Shown in pieces: positions 7,357 to 9,067 of a DNA stretch of 9,067 nt (positions are counted from its first letter, which is position 1; each line of letters starts with the position of its first letter). This stretch comes from an uncultured Gammaproteobacteria bacterium (GTDB lineage: Bacteria > Patescibacteriota > Microgenomatia > Daviesbacterales > UBA10151): assembly GCA_964522265.1 (NCBI GenBank), contig CAZFVS010000038.1:1-9067 (forward strand). Reading direction: 5' to 3'. The position numbers were made by a program, and so were the translations under genes. Below the pieces are notes generated by a model, which was not told where the DNA came from, did not search any database, and saw nothing but the letters and a program-made list of their open reading frames with translations.

Positions 7357-7384
7357 ATTATAGCGCTCGCTATTAAAAACACAA
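7357..7384 (-). promoter_or_regulatory. Putative promoter of the 604-aa gene / small ORF: -35 TTGTGT, 16-nt spacer, -10 TATAAT
   Basis: Minus strand reads TTGTGT (7384..7379), 16 nt, TATAAT (7362..7357). Confidence 0.5.
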
Positions 7385-7392
7385 TGGCTTTT

Positions 7393-7444
7393 GGAAGGAG
7401 TCCTTCGGCCACCTTCCAGGTGGGCCTTGACTCCTGGAAGGTGG
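7393..7444. other. Nested, mutually exclusive inverted repeats (GC-rich island, about 57% GC)
   Basis: Structure B is CCACCTTCCAGG (7409-7420) paired with CCTGGAAGGTGG (7433-7444): a perfect 12-bp stem with a 12-nt spacer. Structure A is AGGAGTC (7396-7402) paired with GACTCCT (7429-7435), enclosing GGCCACC (7407-7413) paired with GGTGgGCC (7419-7426). GGAAGG (7393-7398) can also pair with CCTTCC (7412-7417). A and B share nucleotides and cannot coexist. Confidence 0.8.
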
Positions 7445-7622
7445 TGCTTGCTGGAATAAACTGAATTATTACAGCTTAAACAGTTGACAAAATATACCTC
7501 ATACGTTTTATACAAAGATTTTTCTTTAGATGAAATATTTACCCTTGATGATGATTTTAAAAAGATGCGAATTAATACATCTTAGATTCATTTTCTGTCA
7601 AAGACCTTGAGCAAGCGAAACG

Positions 7623-7643
7623 GGTCGAAAGGTCGACCTTTTT
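7623..7643 (+). terminator. Putative intrinsic terminator, plus-strand oriented
   Basis: GGTCGA (7623-7628), loop AAGG, TCGACC (7633-7638), then TTTTT (7639-7643). On the minus strand the hairpin is followed by cgtttcg, a poor U-tract. There is no plus-strand ORF upstream of it. Confidence 0.5.
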
Positions 7644-7666
7644 AAAGAAATTCGCACTCAATTTAA

Positions 7667-7830
7667 GTTACTTCGGTAATCCCGCTGCGCTTCGCGGGCC
7701 ATCGTTGTCCGCTCAGCCTTCGGCCGAAGCTCTAAAACTGTCGGCTCGAACATTCAAGAAAAATTCTTCGACTTCGCTCAGAACCTACGGAACGCGAAAA
7801 TTTTTAATACACCCTTCGCCAAAGGCGAGG
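7667..7830 (+). ncRNA. Candidate structured non-coding RNA region: six consecutive short hairpins in a GC-rich island; family unknown
   Basis: H1 is 7667-7680, GUUAC-UUCG-GUAAU; its G.U pair is valid only on the plus strand. H2 is 7681-7698, CCCGC..GCGGG. H3 is 7715-7731, AG(C)CUUC-GGCC-GAAGCU. H4 is 7754-7771, UCAAGAA-AAA-UUCUU(C)GA. H5 is 7773-7797, UUCGC..GCGAA followed by AATTTTT. H6 is 7813-7830, CC(U)UCGCC-AAA-GGCGAGG. By hand count, 7681-7740 is about 65% GC against 22-28% in the flanking spacer. No ORF with a start codon covers it. Confidence 0.3.
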
Positions 7831-7941
7831 CAAAGAACTTTTCAAAAATTGATTTGAATTGATAATTGATCATATTGAGAACTTTCTAAGTTTGTGTTGA
7901 AACATTTATTCAAAAGCCGATGCCTTATAGTAAAATGCTCG

Positions 7942-7970
7942 TTGCAAATAGTAATTAATCTTGTTATGAT
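7942..7970 (+). promoter_or_regulatory. Promoter of the 290-aa ORF: -35 TTGCAA, 17-nt spacer, extended -10 TGtTATGAT, 9 nt to ATG
   Basis: TTGCAA at 7942-7947, 17-nt spacer, TG at 7962-7963, TATGAT at 7965-7970, then aaaaatatt and ATG at 7980. No Shine-Dalgarno sequence. Confidence 0.65.
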
Positions 7971-7979
7971 AAAAATATT

Positions 7980-8852
7980 ATGGTCGGTGAAGAAACACTA
8001 TCATTGCAAGATGTAATGGATGCGGCTGATAGAGCCAGGAGAGCTAGTTTGCCCCCTCATGAAAGAATCCGTCCTGTTGAAGGAGGAGACTTTTTAAGTA
8101 TGGAGGGAGTAACTGCTGTTCATGATGAAGACGCTAAAGAAAGATACGATCAGGCAGTCGCAAACCATAATTATTCTGATCAGCAAATGGATGAAATTCA
8201 AGTGGGCAAACCAAACCCAGAATATATTAGTAGCTATAACTCTATGAATGGTGCGCTAACTTATTATGATGAGCGTGGAGTAATGCATGTGGGATACAGA
8301 ACTGAAGAAAATGTGCAGGCCTTAAGAGCGGCTGGTTATGAAATGGATACTAGGATGCCAGTTTTGCTTAGCGCAGAAGCGGTTATTAATGATCCGAAAT
8401 TAAATCAACAGTACAAAGACATGATTGAAAGAGGGAGGGAAAAGGCCAAGAAGGAAAGAATTGAAAAGCATCTTGTTGAGTATAGGAAGGCAGCTGAAGA
8501 AAAGGGTATAAAACCTATTGAAGGAGGGTCATTTATGATGGTTGATGGAGTCTCCTATGAGTATAGCGGAATGCATGAAGACGATATGGTGATTCCTGTA
8601 AATACTGATAGTTATAATCCATCACGAACTAGAGAACAGGTTGGAACTTTTGGTGCTAATAATAGTACAATTGCCTTTATAGATGGAGAAGGACATATGA
8701 ATATAGGTCATGATACAAAGGAGAATAGAAGTGCATTACAACGTTCTGGGTATAAATGGGATAGTAATTTAGGAGTCCCTTTTTCAAATGGTGAAGAGCC
8801 AACAGACCAGCAAATTAGACAACAATACCAACAGTTACGCCAAAGAGGTTGA
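7980..8852 (+). CDS. Hypothetical protein made of two homologous ~95-aa modules joined by a Lys/Glu-rich helix; no family recognised
   Basis: 290-aa ORF with TGA stop. Module 1 (aa 30-130) is IRPVEGGDFLSMEGV ... NGALTYYDERGVMHVGYRTEENVQALRAAGYEMDTRMPV. Module 2 (aa 177-268) is IKPIEGGSFMMVDGV ... NSTIAFIDGEGHMNIGHDTKENRSALQRSGYKWDSNLGVPF. No signal peptide or transmembrane segment. Confidence 0.7.
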   Translation: MVGEETLSLQDVMDAADRARRASLPPHERIRPVEGGDFLSMEGVTAVHDEDAKERYDQAVANHNYSDQQMDEIQVGKPNPEYISSYNSMNGALTYYDERGVMHVGYRTEENVQALRAAGYEMDTRMPVLLSAEAVINDPKLNQQYKDMIERGREKAKKERIEKHLVEYRKAAEEKGIKPIEGGSFMMVDGVSYEYSGMHEDDMVIPVNTDSYNPSRTREQVGTFGANNSTIAFIDGEGHMNIGHDTKENRSALQRSGYKWDSNLGVPFSNGEEPTDQQIRQQYQQLRQRG

Positions 8853-8865
8853 CAGGTACCTGTCA
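8850..8865. other. Perfect 16-bp palindrome TGACAGGTACCTGTCA overlapping the stop codon of the 290-aa ORF
   Basis: Read directly from the sequence; TGA at 8850-8852 is its first triplet. No T-run follows, so it is not a canonical terminator. Confidence 0.8.
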
Positions 8866-8984
8866 GATTAAATAAAGCGAAGGAGAAGAGGGGAGAAAAT
8901 ACACCCAATTTTCACTGCGTTCAAATTGCCGAACCGCTCTTCGAGCTTAGATCAATTCTCAATCCTCCCGCATTGTTTCAGATT

Positions 8985-9001
8985 CTGGTACTTCGTACCA
9001 G
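8985..9001. other. 7-bp stem / 3-nt loop hairpin (CTGGTAC-TTC-GTACCAG), 12 nt from the tRNA 3' end
   Basis: Perfect inverted repeat read directly from the sequence. No U-tract follows on either strand. Confidence 0.7.
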
Positions 9002-9013
9002 TCCTGAACCAAG

Positions 9014-9067
9014 TCGGGGAGGGGAGAATCGAACTCCCGATGCCGCACCCCCAGCGCGGCGTGTTAC
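9014..9067 (-). tRNA. 3' portion of a class II (long variable arm) tRNA, truncated by the window edge; isotype undetermined (Leu/Tyr/Ser-type)
   Basis: Minus strand reads GTAACAC-GCCGCGC-TGGGG-GTGCGGC-ATC-GGGAG-TTCGATT-CTCCC-CTCCCCG-A. The T-arm is canonical (G53, TTCGATT loop, C61). The variable stem is 7 bp with a 5-nt loop. The 3' acceptor strand is 7 nt and the discriminator is A (9014). No CCA is encoded (next bases are CTT). The anticodon lies outside the window. Confidence 0.8.

Noticed and set aside
7393-7450. Possible SRP (4.5S) RNA or RNase P P4 resemblance: CCAGG..GGAAGG..GCC.AAGG on the minus strand, GGAAGGAGTCC on the plus strand, and CAGAACCTACGG at 7779-7790.
   Set aside because: The conserved SRP domain IV AGCA/GGAA loop context is absent. 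RNase P core motifs (GAGGAAAGUCCGGGC, AGGGUGAAA, ACAGAACCCGGCUUA) are not present intact. The intervening sequence (7450-7600) is AT-rich and unstructured.
7016-7515. ORF-track entries 7016..7312 (98 aa) and 7309..7515 (68 aa) on the minus strand, and 7041..7349 (102 aa) on the plus strand.
   Set aside because: They overlap the 5' end of the 604-aa gene out of frame or run through promoter and hairpin sequence. Their composition is Cys/His/Arg-rich and low-complexity, with no start-site signals. They are most likely chance ORFs.
7541-7560. CTTGATGATGA resembling the hammerhead CUGAUGA core.
   Set aside because: It is not the exact core. No appropriately placed GAAA or stem II and III partners could be drawn.
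7484-7644. Plus-strand TTGACA-17-TTTATA possible promoter driving either a 26-codon ORF (ATG 7530, MKYLPLMMILKRCELIHLRFIFCQRP*) or a ~125-nt sRNA ending at the 7623-7643 terminator.
   Set aside because: Not fully rejected as an sRNA, and it is folded into the spacer finding. The -10 is poor (TTTATA, TTATAC or TATACA depending on spacer), the ATG lies 17 nt from it with no Shine-Dalgarno sequence, and the peptide looks random. I do not call a CDS or a promoter feature here.
7729-7738. Minus strand reads GTTTTAGAGC followed by a hairpin, reminiscent of the type II-A Cas9 repeat or sgRNA scaffold start.
   Set aside because: Only a 10-nt resemblance. No repeat-spacer array, no anti-repeat partner, no cas, IscB or TnpB gene in the window, and the downstream sequence does not follow the tracrRNA scaffold.
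7254-8852. Genome-wide UGA reassignment (code 25 or code 4) as an explanation for the in-frame TGA at 7254-7256. The frame also stays open for about 70 codons after the TGA stop of the 290-aa ORF.
   Set aside because: recA, rny, recX, the TPR gene and DUF2079 are all intact under the standard code with no internal TGA, which would be unexpected in a UGA-recoded genome. The open frame after 8852 runs antisense through the tRNA gene and is purine-rich low-complexity sequence.
8886-8897. GAGGGGAGAA (8888-8897) matches 10 nt of the tRNA 3' region (9019-9028), a possible att-site duplication marking an integrated element.
   Set aside because: The match is only 10 nt within a purine-rich tract and lies just about 130 bp from the tRNA. 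No integrase or other mobile-element gene is present.

Overview
This is an AT-rich, tightly packed bacterial chromosomal segment. By inference only, it resembles an uncultivated small-genome lineage such as CPR/Patescibacteria. The minus strand carries, in transcription order: a 604-aa TPR protein with a transglutaminase-like Cys-His-Asp core (5427-7241), recA (4232-5341), a 138-aa coiled-coil ORF containing a perfect 33-bp tandem repeat (3806-4222), a 66-aa ORF (3582-3782), recX (2916-3572) and rny/RNase Y (1449-2786). rny converges on a plus-strand DUF2079-like membrane protein (60-1445) with only 3 bp between the stop codons. On the right are an orphan 290-aa protein built from two homologous half-modules (7980-8852) and the 3' part of a class II tRNA on the minus strand (9014-9067, cut by the window edge). 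The most unusual part is the 738-bp ORF-poor spacer at 7242-7979; all other spacers are 3-129 bp. It holds two GC-rich islands in AT-rich flanks, nested mutually exclusive inverted repeats, a plus-strand intrinsic terminator, six consecutive short hairpins and strong enrichment of the pentamer CTTCG. It also holds a promoter-proximal 30-codon ORF that is in frame with the 604-aa gene across a single TGA. I read this spacer as a candidate locus for one or more undescribed structured RNAs, but I cannot assign it to any known RNA family. Five start codons sit 8-10 nt downstream of a TATAAT-like hexamer, which suggests widespread leaderless transcripts. No CRISPR array, transposase, integrase or rRNA is visible.
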